NCBI GenBank assembly: GCA_024137785.1
Contig: JAHRHZ010000002.1
Location: 20,720,881-20,784,880, forward strand
From: Ginglymostoma cirratum
Taxonomy: Eukaryota
Reading direction: 5' to 3'
Length of the DNA: 64,000 bases
Part shown: positions 14,245-28,300 of the stretch, piece after piece
Numbering within the stretch: position 1 is the first letter of the stretch
How the letters are laid out: the number at the start of each line of letters is the position of its first letter
Position numbers and translations under genes: made by a program
Notes under the pieces: generated by a model
The model's database searches: none
What the model was told of the DNA's origin: nothing
Seen by the model: only the letters and a program-made list of their open reading frames with translations

Positions 14245-17200
14245 TGCTGGTGTTTCCTAGCTCAGTGCCCTGTTTTACAGTCCCACCCACCAGGAAGCAA
14301 AAAGGATCATTGATTGACTGGAGAAGTTCTTCATTTGTTGTCCTTCCCCGCCTCCTGTTCCCCTCCACAAAGACCTCCTGCAAAGACCTGACAATTTCGC
14401 TTTAAGGTTACAAATGAAACTTGGTACTGGGTGGTGGTGGTGGTGGAGGCATGAGGGAAGATTCTGATTGCTTTTAAGCTTCTGTAAAAGGGACAAGGAC
14501 CAAATTGTGCTCACCACCTTCCTGTCTTGGAAAGCTGTAACACGCTATCTACTGCTTTTAAGGTTCCCAGAGCTGTGGCTCCACACGAGTCTTTGGTGAT
14601 GGTGAAAACCAAGTTCCTAGGAAGTTGTGCAGATTTGCAGTAATGGCTTATAATTCCACTACCATAACTGTGAACTATTTTTTAGGCCTGTTCTCCCCTT
14701 TTCCTTCTTCAGCCTCTGGTGATTCTGGAATATGGCCTCGTACTTCACGTTTTTCTGGAAATGACCACACCAGCAATGAACGTCCCGTCTACTGTGCTGA
14801 CCTATTGCATGCAACTCATGTGTTTATCCTTAATCCTTTTGCACTATGCAAGTTGTTTATTTCCCCCTTTCTTTTCTGAATGTGAAGCTGCATTGCAGTT
14901 ACACAACATGCAGGTGGCCTGTGCCAGCGCAGCTTGCTGTAAATACACTGATGAAACTCAGAGCAGCCCAACAGGCTGGAGCATCACTATAATCAGATTG
15001 GACTTTTGCCCTGTAAACTGTGTATAAAGAAAATATCCCAAAAACTGTTGTGTAATCTTGGTTTGGCTGTCTCGGGGTCCAGATTTACGCTGTCATGATT
15101 TGGCCATAACGATTTTGTCCTTACTGTTCCAATTTAATCCTGTCCAGTTATTTGATGGCGACAAACCATTTCTAATCTCACGCAAGCTGAAATCTAAGTG
15201 ACCACTGTCCATCATCCCTAATCTATTTGCTTTCCAATGAAAATGTTTGCCATATTTTGTTTCTGGCTCCATTACCATATATAGTACAGAATAGGAATTT
15301 CACTGTTAAAGAATGTACATTGGTTTTCTATTATGTTGTCATTCTGTTTACTGATGATCACGTGCGTGCCCTTGTGTCCCATGTTGAGGTTCAGCACAAT
15401 TTGGCATTTGTGGTTTGATTTTTATTTGCCTTCATGTGTTCCAAATCATCAAGCATTAATTTTTGCTGTTGTAAAGCAGGGGCCCTTGCTTCACTTGGGA
15501 GGTGATGTGGGGCTTAATAGCTCGGTCATAATTGAGGTGTGTTGGTATGACTGGGATTTCGTAGTCTCACAAAAAGAGGAAATACGGTTGGAGCCGATCT
15601 AACGTCCAGCCATTTTCTGACTTTTTTTTCTGTTTGTTACAATGCCCTCACCAAGGGCTGTGTCAAACTTGTTTACAGTTATATTTAAGCGAATAGCAAG
15701 TCAGGGATGGCAAGAATATTTTGCATGATTTGCAGCCGCATCAGCCCAAGGTGAAGTGTAAAAATCTATCAACGTGTGACGAAAATCCTGCCCAACCCAT
15801 CATTGACTGTGGATTCGTTGCTGAGCGATGACCCACCATGTGATGGCTCCCCAAGTTGTTAGCTGACCTGTGTCTACATATAAACCTAATGTTGATTTTT
15901 TTTGTACAAAATTATATAATTTATTATTTAACTTGTTTTTTTTGTGTGTGGTATATTTCTGTCTCTCTGTCTCTCAAAGTCTTCAGAGCAGACCAACTTT
16001 TCATTAGACATGAAACTGAAATATGCAAAAGCCTTTTACTACACTCTCCTCCCCTCCACCAGAAATGTAAATGAAGTTTCAAATTGTCTTTATTGATTGA
16101 CTCCTGAGGAGTACTCAAGTAGAATCACACCAGCGAGTCAATATTTGTAATTGTTTTGCGATTGAAGGTGAACATTTTCTTAAATTTTCTGTTTAATTCT
16201 ATGGTTTGGCACCCCAGTGTGTGTATATTGACAGACCTTTCACTGATATTGCATTAATGGCAAAGGGCAGAAGGAATTGAATTTTGATGTGTGCCAGTTT
16301 CAGCAGTGCTTCTGATGGTTCTCCAGAATATTACTGTAGTGAAATGCCTTGAATACTGACCCTTTCGGGTCTGGAGCAGGCAGAGGCCATTGAACACCTC
16401 AGCCTTGTTCCATCGTGCAGCTGGATTCTGGCTGATCTGTACATTATTTAGGAAGGAGGAGTTTATTGCGATTATACAGTACTCATGTAATCTCCGTACC
16501 TCCCAAGGCACTTTACCAAACATGTTCCATTCCCTGTCCTATATAGCTGCCATTGCAATACAGGAAACATGGTAGCTAATTTGCGTCCAGCACACTTTCA
16601 CAAGCAGCAGAACTGAGCAAGGAATTGGTTTCAGTGTTGGCCAGGCCATCAAGGCTCAACCTCCCCTGCTGCACTTCCAGCTGTATCGTGCCATGTGTTT
16701 TGGTTTTGAAAGACTGATAGACTGGCCCATTTTGACGGTGCCCTGCCCACTTAATATTGCACTGAGTGTTCGCCAAGACACTCTGTTCCAGTCTCTGCCT
16801 TAGGACTCGAACACACAGCCTTCTCACTCCAGCAAGAGTGAGTGAATGTTGACCCACTCACCAAGGGCTTGAAACCCTGATCTGTCAGTGTGAATTTTGA
16901 TGTTTGGCTTTTTGAGGGACATTCGGCAGATTTTCATCACACTTTATGGAATAACTGCATCCTGCTTTTATTCCTACCTTTAAGGTGGAGCAGCCTTGAT
17001 TTGGATTAATTTGCATCATGAAAATAATTTCTGAATGCTGTGTCTTCCTTAGTGAATCCTTTTATTTTAAATATGGTGTGCTGCTACCCCCGTTGCTGCT
17101 TTCTAGAGGTCCTAGTGTGAAAAAAAAAGGGCATTCAGCCCTCGGACTGTTCTCCTATTTAGTTAGATTACAGCTGATCTGTGTCTTAACTCCCTACACT

Positions 17201-20200
17201 CTCCTCTTCTATAACCCATAATGGGGCATGCCCAACAAAAAGATATGTCATTTCCTCTGTAAAAATTCAACATTGTTCCCAGCCTTTTGAGGGTGAGTGT
17301 TCCACATTGTGTGAGCAAGTCTTTTCCTCGTTTCGTTCAATTTTAAGGTTATACTTTCCTGTTCTGGAACCGGCGGAACTGGTTTCTGGTTTTCTGTGTT
17401 TTGTTTTGTAAACTCCAACAATCAAATAATGCCTCAATCTTCACTCAAGGGAATACAAGCCTGATCAATGTCCTCCTAGTTTAACTGTCTTAGCCCTAGT
17501 TTTATTCTGGTTAGGTGCACCTTCCCCAAGGTTACTATTTCTGGCCTAAGCGTCTTGCTGGGATTGGATCTGAACAAGCAGAGCTCTCATTGAGGTGAAG
17601 GTCTTTATTCCAACAGTTTTCCATGACGTGATGTTGTAGTCAGATTTTATTTCTACTTGATGTCTTTTCTGTCATCATTCTAGTAGCGTTTTGCCATTTA
17701 AAGCTTAACAAATTTAAATTGGAGAATCCCACCTGGTGCCATGTTGCAAAGTCTGTACAATTTTTGCATTGGTGTAGAGAGTTGTTTACAGCACAGAAGG
17801 GAGCTATTCATTCCCTCGAATACTTGCCAGCTCTCTGATAAATCAGTGCTGCTCCCTCTCTGTCTTCCTAAATGTTTATTTTCCTCATAGAATCTGACTT
17901 CCCTTTTAAATCTTTGATTGCATCTCTTCCATCACTTGTGGGTGTCGAATTCTGAGCTTGAGCTACATTTTGGGAAGCCCTGTTCTAATCCTGCACTGCC
18001 ATCTGATGGGAAAGGTTGTTCGTTGACTAGAGAAGCTGGGATTATTCTCCTTTAATTAGATGACAAGACATTTGGCTATTTTGGGGTCACTAAGAAGAAT
18101 GCCTTGTCCAGGTCTGTGCATCGTTCGTCGATGTATTGCAACCTGGCGTTGACAGAGGATGAGGCAGATACTTCACACCAGAAAGTCTAAAAGGACTAAT
18201 TCGCCAAGCAATGGACATCCTCCATCAACTGGGACATGAAACTGAGAGCCCTGTATCTCAGTTGCACTAGCCCGCTACCAGTAGTCCTATTCTATAATAT
18301 TAAACAAAGTAACATTAATGTATATTAATTCTGAATACAAGTACTAAAATTAAAAAACAAAAACGACAGAGAACATTAAAAATTAAGTCATTAAATTACA
18401 TTAAGATGCCATAGCTTTTTTTTTAAAGTATCCACCCACCACTGATTTTAAAAGCCCTTATGATGGTGCCACACCATATCCTCCAACAGTCTGCTGAATT
18501 CTGGCACTAAAGGATCAGTGAAAGTTATACATGGTGAAAAACTGGACAGAGATTATTGCCTTGTTCAACTGTTACTGAAAATTTGTAAAAGTTCCAGTGT
18601 CAGGGCTACAGTTAAGCATGAGACGTCCTGAGTGAAGGACTTAAGTCTGTGAATCTCAAAGACCCTCATGAGGTTGTTCAGTTTGAACCATTTCCCTCGA
18701 GTGCCCATGACAGATTTGAAATGAGCAGGTTCAGATCTGCCAATCAGTTCTCATGGCCAAGGTGTTAGTCATTTTTTGTTCCAAGCAATTTCCAGTGTCT
18801 TATTATTGTCTTCAAATCATACTGAGACATCATTGACTGTGATGACTTTGTCTTTCTTGAAGATCAAATCCGTTTTCTATAAGCATCTGTCCTGGTATTT
18901 TAGCCTTGGCTCAATGTACATTATCCACCCTTACTTTCCAACTTATTGCTTTAACTTGACGGCAGTCTTGGAATGTGATTCATGTGTTTTTGATGAATAG
19001 GAAAGTCCTTGAGATGTTCTAATTTTCCAGAGTCCTTACATCTGCACCACTCCTTAAGCATGAGCGGTCTGCCTCTTGAAAGTGATCCTGGTAGGATATA
19101 AATTACAATGTAATAGTCAGCCATTGATTAACCTTGATGATTTGATATTGTATAAAGCTTTAATTGAGACCGAATCATTTTTAAAATTATTGATCCTAGA
19201 TCTTTGGCTCTTCAACTCTTAACTATTTAGCCATTTCCCAATCTCAACAACAAAGTGTTGGTCAAAGTAACTATTTCTGATATTTTGGGTCTGGGACCAA
19301 TGTGATTCATGGACTCCTTCATGTCTGCTGTGGGATTACTTTTTCGTTTTTGTCCGAACGTCTCAATCTTCGGGATCCTAAGTTCTTGTACTCCTTTCAC
19401 AATGTCAGAGAACTGCAATGAGGCCTGTATTACAGGCTCTACAGGTGCTTTGAGTACTTGTCATTTCCAAATAATAGCAGCTGGGATTTGTATCTTGAGC
19501 TTGGGCCTACCTAGACCACCGTCCTCTGTCTTGGCATATATCTCGGTCAAATGTGGCATGAAATGGAGAAACTGGTAGCATTGCGGATGATTAAGTCGAG
19601 TTTGTGAAGGGTATTCTGGGATGCTTTTATGAGGATCAAGTGATAATAATACTTACTTTCCTCATATATCCTGAGGAGTTTGATTTTCTGAATTGAACGG
19701 AAAGTAGCCTGTATTTTTCCTCCATATATTTCAATCTTAAGCTGTGTCCTCTTGGCCTGGGAGTGGTTGTGTGTGACTCAGCTCCATTCATCAGAGAGTC
19801 AATGAAGCTTTCCACAAGCCATAAACCAAGCCACCCTTCTTACTTAATAGTTTGTGAGCTTGCGTTAATTGATAGCCCATCTCCTAGTGTTTCGGGTTGC
19901 AAACTGGACAACAAACAATCCTTGTATCTCTCAGATGACTTTTGAGTACTATCCTCCTCATTAAGACCAACCTCTGTGATGTCTTCACCAGTCTCATCAA
20001 GCAGTAGTGGTTGGGCTACCACTTGGGTGTTCTGCAACACTGTTTATCAGAAATTTGCTTGGAAGTTTTGGTATTTAGGATATTGGCAATCTTTTTGTTT
20101 ATGACAGAGTTAAGATGAGAAGTTGTTTCTTTCCATTTTGTAAACTCTCTTTTGTGGCTTTGCATTGACTTTTAAGGTCTCCAAATGTTTTTCATTGCGT

Positions 20201-22551
20201 AGCACTACCTGTCTACAGCCAAAGCGAATCCTTGATGAGAATGTTAGCTCATACATAGAATATGCATAGACCCCAAGTTGGTTTAAGCTGGTCTTATGCC
20301 ACTACATGTGACAGGCTATTGCATGACCTTTTCTACTTTTTTCACATTTGGAGTGCATAATTCAGATGTTATTGATCTGATGTTTCTCAACCCTTTGGAC
20401 ACAGGTGCCTAAGAAAGAAAGTAGAGAGCTGAAGAATGTGCAAAATAACCTTTCAGTGGAGTAAGTGTATCACAACCTCATTTATGGTGGTTCAGTCATA
20501 GGTCCGACCAATGATGACAGGCTGCATGTATATATGCTATAATTTCAGATTTTTTTTTAATTCATTCATGGGATGTGGATGTTGTTGGCTGCACCAGCAT
20601 TTCATACCCAATTGTTCCCCAATTGTTAAGAGTCATCCACATTGCTGTGACTCTAAAGCCTCTTTTGGCCAAACCAGGTAAGAAAGGCAGTTTCATTCCT
20701 TGAAGGGCATTAGTGAACCAGGTGGGTTCTTCCCAACAATTGACAATGGTTTCATAGTCATCATTAGTCTCTTAATGTCAGAATTTTTAAAAATTAAATT
20801 CAAATCCCACCATCTGCCTGGGTCTCCAGAACATTACCTGGGTCTCTGGATTAATACTCTAGCGATAATATCACTGGGCCATCACCTCCTCATTGCCAAT
20901 ACTATTGTCAACCACTTCAGTCGAAGTTGTTGTAACCAAATCTCTGCATCTTCTGTTACCGAAGAATTGTGTGTCAATGCTGGTCGTACACTGTATTGGC
21001 TGGGCTGCCCATGTGTTTTCTTCAATCACAGGCACATCAGTGTCTACCAGAGCACCCAGTCCTTTAGGGAAGGTTGATCACTGTTTAAAATCGCAAAGGA
21101 TTTTGATAGAGTAAGGAAGGTTTCCAATGGCCACTAGAGACAATAAGGTAATTTGCAAAAGAACCAGAGAGAATTGGATGAATACTTGAAGGTCTTGCAA
21201 AAGCAGTCAACAGCAATTTGCGTTTATGTAGCACCTGTTAATATCATAAAAAAACACACCCTCAGCAGCAATATAAAGCAAAATGAAAACTCCATAAGAA
21301 GAAATGGGGCAAACATTTTAAAGCTTCATCAAACAGCTGAAGTGGCACTAACTGGAGAGCTCTTTCAAAGAGCTACACCAGGCATGGTAGGCAAATGACC
21401 TGCATGCTGCAGCATTCTTTGGTGGAGTGAACAAAAATGAGTGGCAGATGGCTGCCTGTTTTCATTTCATCATGCTATGATCAGCATTATTTTGATGTAT
21501 TTTTGACTTTGGTTGCACTGACTCGTTACTCAGTTTTGCTTCGTGTCATTGTAACTCCTACCTTTGCCTGCCCCCATCCCACTTCAAGTCTTCAGGCCCA
21601 GCCTGTTTGTTTAACACCGTTGATTCAATTACAGTCATTGTATCAGTGACATTATACTGCAGATGAGAATGCACTAATGCTGCATCAGGTTTCACTTTTC
21701 AATTTTAGAAGAAAATCATGTGTGTAACTAAGTCTGGAGCTGAGGTATAATGAGCTCTTCTCTAGTTTCCTTCCTTCAATCAGAGATTTTAGGAGGGTCT
21801 ACCATCAAAAGGTGACCCAACTGCAATTGTTTATCCAATTTAAACCCTCTTCCATTGCCCCAATAACAGCATAACTGATGCACTGAGGAACATTGCTATA
21901 GTTGAAGCTGCGTCAAATCAAGTGGTCAAATTTTTAGTGTAAATAAATGATCATTGCTGCAAAATGAGATGTGCTGCCTCACTCATCAGGTCAGAATTGC
22001 AAAACAGCTAAATTTCTCAAGGAAAGGGCATGGTGCATTCACCTTGAGCTAAAGGCGACATTTTGACCAAGCAGAATCCATTTGCAAACCATTGGGCATC
22101 CTGTTCTCAGACAGTATAAACTCCAGTTTCATTCTCCCTTCCCCACCCTTCGAAATTGATGTTCTTGCAATTCTATCCTGGTGAGTACAAGACAGAACAT
22201 TTTGGCACCTAAGTGTTTTTACAGCAATGCTGAAATTGTGTACCACCAACCAAGTCAGTGATACAGTTTGTCTGTCTTTAATATTAGTGTGGACACCCTT
22301 TAGGAATTGTCTTGAGTAACCCGAGCTTGGATTGAGACTGTTTCTGCAGGAACCTCATGAGATGTTAGGATGATGGCTACAACTGTATCTGAAGGCAAGT
22401 GGCTTCTTTAAGTCACAACCTTACGTGGTTGCAGTGGTTACAGTGTTGGACTGTGTGTGACATGTCCTTGTTTCAAGCAATCCTAGTCTTCTGTCTGTTT
22501 GTCATTTTGACTTGAGTCAAGTAGATGCTTGAAATTAAAGTATTCCACCCA

Positions 22552-22553
<2 letters not shown>

Positions 22554-22598
<45 letters not shown>
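22554..22598. repeat. (GT)n microsatellite
   Basis: About 22 perfect GT units. Confidence 0.97.
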
Positions 22599-22600
<2 letters not shown>

Positions 22601-24591
22601 GAAGCGTAGTTAGTACAAGAAGAGAAAATGGGGTGATGCTGTTAATTGCTATTATGAGATTTGGTCAAGTAGTTTAAATGAACATCTTACTGACACACTA
22701 AAAAAAAGGGGCTTGTGCCTCCTGTAAATTTCCCTAGATGTTGTTAGATTGGACTTCTGTTGTACTTTCTTACAGTTACTCTTCATTTCCTTTTAGATTA
22801 TCAATGAACCGTTGTTCTGTGATTTGATATCTTCACACCTTTTTCTGGTGCTTTATATCTTTGAAATGTAACACCGGCTGGCAGTTAGTTTTGATGGGGG
22901 TGTGGTGCAAAAAAAAACACAGGTAGCTACAGTCATTGACATGTGCTTGTTACAGTTCCGTAAGCCTGTTTGGCTCAAATGTCACCTCCAGATTCAAAAC
23001 AGTCCAAGGCTTTTATCTCTACTGTGGGGGTGAGGAGTTTATTTCAAAATATTGATTTTGTTGATTTCCTCCTGACCTCCCATTCACCAGTTCTAATCAG
23101 TGTGCAAGTAGACTTTTTTGAAAATTCATTCACAGGCTTTGGGTGTTGCTGGCTAAGCCAGCATTTATTGCTCATCCTTCATTGCCATGAAAGGATTTGA
23201 CAGTCACCCACATTGTTGTGGGTCTTGTCACATGTAGGCCAGAGCAGGTAAAGATGGCAGATTTCCTTCCCTAATGTCATTGTGGGTCACTGCAGTGGTT
23301 CAAGCAAGCAGCTCAAGGGCAATAAATGCTGGCCAGTCAGTGACGTCCACTTCCCACAGATAAATACTAAAGAAAGGATATTAGTGAACCAGATGGGTTT
23401 CTATGACAATCACTGACGATTATGTGGTGGCTATTGACTAGGTGGTTCTTACCAGATTTTTATTGAATTCAAATTTCACCATTTGACATAATTGGATTCG
23501 ATCTCATCTAATGTTCCCCAGAACATTAGCCTGGAGGTCTGAATTAGAAGTCTAATGACAACCATTATGGCTGCTATGATCCTCTTTGTTGTAGTTGCAA
23601 TCCCGTTTAGTTTTTTAATTCCTATTCCCCTCTGCATTGTCAGCTATCCTCATAGCTAGACGTTAAACTGTGGAATTCCCCCCTCCTCCCTCCTCCCTCC
23701 CCCCTCCCCTCCTCCTCCATCACCTCTTCTCCAGCTAGACACCTTAAAAACCTAACCCTTTAACTAATCATTCAGTCCCTTGTCCTAATATCTTCTTATG
23801 TGGCTTAGTGTAGAATGTTATTTGATAATACCTCCTATAAGAAGTACCCTGAGAGGCTGAAAGCATTCTACAAATGTAAGCTAAGATAACAAGCATGGGG
23901 CTGGATGAACACAGCAGGGCAAGCAGCATCATAGGAGATGTAAGCTGTTGTTTTCTTTTCAACATCCCTTTTCAAATCCCTCTTTATCACCCAGAATTCA
24001 ATTGCATGATTCCTTTCTGCACTAACCTAACTACCTAATATATGCAAGGTGTCTCTTGTTCAGTGTTCTTGCTCAGAACAGGGCTCTTTAAAGTTTTGGC
24101 ATAACATCCTCCAACTTGCTCTTGGAGTTGGCCAAAGAACATGAAGTAGAATTCCATCCACTGTTTGTCGTTGTTCCATAACTATTTTGCCAGTTAAGAA
24201 ATTTGTTAACACCCAACTTACTTTCTGACTTGCCTCCAGCAACATTTGTATCAAAGCTTGAAAGGGCTGAATGGCCTATTTCTGGTCCTAAGTGGTATGT
24301 TTGTCTGTAAATTATATCCTGTCAGCATATCCAGCACTTTGAGTGAGAAGTTGCTTCCTGGTGTGACCCTGGAGATTGTGCTGAGTCATTGAAAGCACCC
24401 CCACCGCACCACCCCCACCTCCAAACCACCACCACGGTGCCCACCACCCCTCCCCCAACCACCAGTATCAAAAGGAACAAGGTGAACAGAAATCGAAAAC
24501 AACAAGCCCTGAAGATCACAGCGGATCAGGCAGCATCCATGGAGAGACAGGAAGCTGACTTTTCGAGTCTAGATGACACTTTTTCAAAGCT

Positions 24592-24620
24592 CTGAAGAGA
24601 CATCTAGACGCGGAAACGTT
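24592..24620 (+). ncRNA. Degenerate hammerhead-like motif in fold-back element 24490-24715
   Basis: aagct-CTGAAGA...GAAAC-GTT-agctt: perfect 5-bp stem I, stem II decayed. Confidence 0.45.
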
Positions 24621-25314
24621 AGCTTGCTCTCCTTCCATGGACACTGTCTGCCCCTCTGTGATCTCCAGCGTTTGTTGTTTACAGTACAGATTCCAGCATC
24701 CGCCCTAATTTGCTCCTTCAGGACGAACAGATAGATGGAACGTTACCCACCGGTTCCATCAATCTTAGACATGTCAGATAACATTTAATGTTCTTCACTA
24801 AAGGGGCCATAAGCCTGGAGTGTGAGAGAATAAATATCTCCTTTTGCGTACATTATACTTTTCCTTTAAGAAATAAGCTCTCCTCATTTATAGTGGTCAC
24901 AGGAGTTAATATGCTGGAGTTGCAGAGACTTCAAACAATTTAACGGGACATCTTTGGGGCTGTTTGAAGCAAAGGTAGGGTCTGTTTTTTTTTCCCGCAT
25001 AATCATGCTGTCAGACCTGCTCGATGTGAGATGTTGAAGTAAGTTGTATCAGGTTGCTTAGTCTTGGTGCCCCACTGTGCTGGACGGCATTATGAACTAT
25101 TCAGAAGGAGAGCTGGAAGCAGGTACATTAGCAGCCTTGTTCTGAAATGCACGCAAGAGGCAGAGACTAGCGGTGAGAATTAAAGGTGTGGTAATGCCAA
25201 GAGTGAATGCAAGTACTTGTCTGATCTTATCAACTATGCAAATGTCTGTTAGATTTTTCTTGTGTAAATAACTTTTTTAATTTCTGAAATATGATGTAAA
25301 ATTGTGGCATTTTT

Positions 25315-25320
25315 AATAAA
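25315..25320 (+). terminator. Candidate distal polyadenylation signal (AATAAA) for ATF6B
   Basis: AATAAA preceded by a U-rich/TGTA-rich tract (25250-25314) and followed by GT-rich sequence. Assignment to ATF6B is inference. Confidence 0.35.
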
Positions 25321-28300
25321 GGTGTTCGAAACAAAGCGACCTTTTAATAATCTCATTAGAGTTCACAGTTGGGTGTGCTCTGTGACTGGGACGTCTGCCA
25401 GTGTCAATGTCAATGTTGAGCTCTGTCAGTGTCGCACTGCGTTCGGGTCTGTTTGTTGTTGCACTGTGTGTAAAGGTCAGTCAAAGTTAGTGTGTGTGTG
25501 TGTATGGACGTACCACTGAATGTAGGAGGCGGGTGTCTGTGTGTAAGGGTCTGTGTCACTGTGTAAGAGTCAGTAGGGTCACTGAGCATCCCTTACACTG
25601 TGCGCGTCTCTCTGTAAGAGGTCTTTGTCACTTATGCGAGACTACAGTTATGTCTCACTGTGTGTAAGGATCTTTCTGTGTCAACGTCGTTGTTGCAGGA
25701 GGGATGGGGGAGGGTCTGGTCTGTTCGGCATTGTAGCTACTTTTTTCTTGTACATTCCACTGTGAGAGATTAAAACATTCCAGTCGTTCTGTTGACGGGA
25801 CCAAACCCAGATTTAATGAGTTGGCGATATTGATCAGATTCGCACACTGATGTGGTTCCAATGATGTTCCTGTGATATATTAAGACAGTGTGTAACCTCA
25901 GCCTAATGCTGGAGAGGGTGAACTTATGTGCTCAGGTTGTTATCAGGATAGAGAAGTGTGGTCAGGATGACTTTGTAGCGCTCGTCGTGTCTGATGTTCT
26001 GCCAAGAAGATATTTCTGTTCCTCTTTAGCATTCACCAGCCCAGTCCCAGCAAACATCCTTTTGTCGTGGGGAACAGCTGTCGTGGATTTGGTGTTGAGA
26101 GATTCCAGTCATCTTCACACTAAGCAGCTGTACCGTATAAAAGGGGTTGGCTGGGAAACGATCAGGATTAGGCTTTGGCTGCATTCCGAGTCATGTCTAA
26201 ATCGAGATGACGAACAATATTCTCGGGTTGCAACAGGATCAGTCACATCCACCTGGGGCGTGGTGGAAAACCAAACTGGGACAGTACAACCGGGTGCTGA
26301 TCGGCCCATCACCTTTCTGTTAAATCTTGGAAAGACCTTCCCTAATTGACCCGCCCCTCCCCAAAACAATATCTACCTCTCTCTTTTTGAAACGCTGCTC
26401 GATTCTAGTCTCCCTGCTGTCGGAAAGATGTTGCCAAACGTGAAAGGGTGCGCCAAGGGGAAAGGCTGAATAGGCTGGGACTATTTTCCCTGGAACGTCA
26501 GGCGCTGAGGGGTGGCCTTACAGAAGTTTTAATAAATCGTGAGGAGCATGGGATAGGGTGACTAGCCGAGGCCTTTTTCCTAGGGTAGGGGCGACCAAAA
26601 CTAGACGGCATAGATGAGAGAGGAATGATTTAAAAGGAGCCGAAGGGGCAAGTTTGTCGTGCAGAAGATGGTGTAGGTATGGTATGAACTGCCAGAGGAA
26701 GTGGTGGATGGTTATACAATTACAACATTTAAAAGGTCTCTGGATGGGTATTTGAATAGCAAGGGTTGAGAAAGATATGGGGCAAATGGGACGAGGTTAA
26801 TTTAGGATAGTTGGTCGGCTTTGATGAGTTGGGTTGAACGGCCTGTTTCCTTGATGTACAACCCTATGACTGCATGGCTTTAAATCAAAAAATACTTCTG
26901 TTGCCTCCAACCTTAATTCCCGCTAGGTGCATTCCTTGTGTTTTTTTAAAAGAACCCTAGCCCCCCGTAACCCACTTTTTGCCAATCCGCTTAAATCGCT
27001 ATCTTCTGGTTATCGAACCTTGTGCCAGCGGAAATCTGTTTTCCGCATTCCCCTTCTATTAAAACTGTGATGAAATCGCCCCATAACCTTTTATTCCTCT
27101 AAGGAATACCACGCCAGTCTCTGTAGGCACTCATATCCTCACCCCCCATCGACTTTCTCGGCATGCCCGCTAGATCCTTCCGAAAGTGCTGTGTTGGGGG
27201 TGGGGGTGGGGGTCGCAAATTTACGGGGAGTAGTGTAATATTTCTGAGCTCTGAAGAGGTTTTGCAAGTTGAGGCGCTTTATTTTCGAAATGTGCAGGGA
27301 ATTTTTTTAAAAAAACAAATTTTTAACATGTGAGCTGACAAGACAGAATTTTTCATTCGGCCAAAACCATATTGCCCTGGGGAAGGTGGTGGAGTGTTAA
27401 CGTGTTGTGCTGGTACATTACACTGCTGTAGTTATGGAGGCAGTGCTAAGATTTTCACCCGGCCACATTAAAGGACCAGCGATAAGACTGCAACTGAGGA
27501 TGGTGAATGGCTTGGAAGGGACCATGCAGATAGCGGCGTTCCATGAATCTGCTGCCTATGTACTGGAGGTCGGAGATTTGGAAAACGCTGTGAAAGGAGC
27601 CTCTTTGAGTTGCCGTAGTGCACCTTGGCGATAACACAGGGTGCTACTAGCGTCCGGGGTGGAAGGGGTGATAATCGAGTGGGTTGCTTTACACTTGATG
27701 CTGTCTATCTTCTTGATTGTGTTTCCATTGTGATTTGAGTTTCCATTGTGATTTGTATTACAAGACTAAGAATTTGGATTTAATCTGTTTGTTTCCGTGA
27801 TTCGAGATGTTCTGGTAGTGGGTACACGAATTGAAGGCTAGGATAGAGAAAGAGTAGATGGCCGGAAATACTTTTCTGTCCAAAAATCGCTGCTGCCTGG
27901 AGCCAACTTCCAAGAAACAACTAAAAGGAAGATACTGCAGTTCTTTAAACTTCAGTGTAGGGAAGGTCACTGCGGTGTATCTGAAGTGGGAAGGCTCTAG
28001 AGATCCCAAGATGAGAGAATATCCATGGAAATAAATTATGCTTGACTTCAGTGCAAAATGTATTTTTTTTAAAAAATCCAAATCGGAGAATGAACTGGCA
28101 TTCTGTGGAAAAGTCAAAAATTGCATTTACATAGCGCCTTTCGCAACCTCGATGTCACAGATCATTAGACCGCAGCCGGGGCCATAGTTCAACAGTAATA
28201 TAGGATGCACTTCTGAAGTGTGGCCGCAGCTGTAACAGAAGCACAGCAAGCTCCCGGAGTGGAGCGATAAATATTGACATGGGCAGCGCAGAGAACCTAC

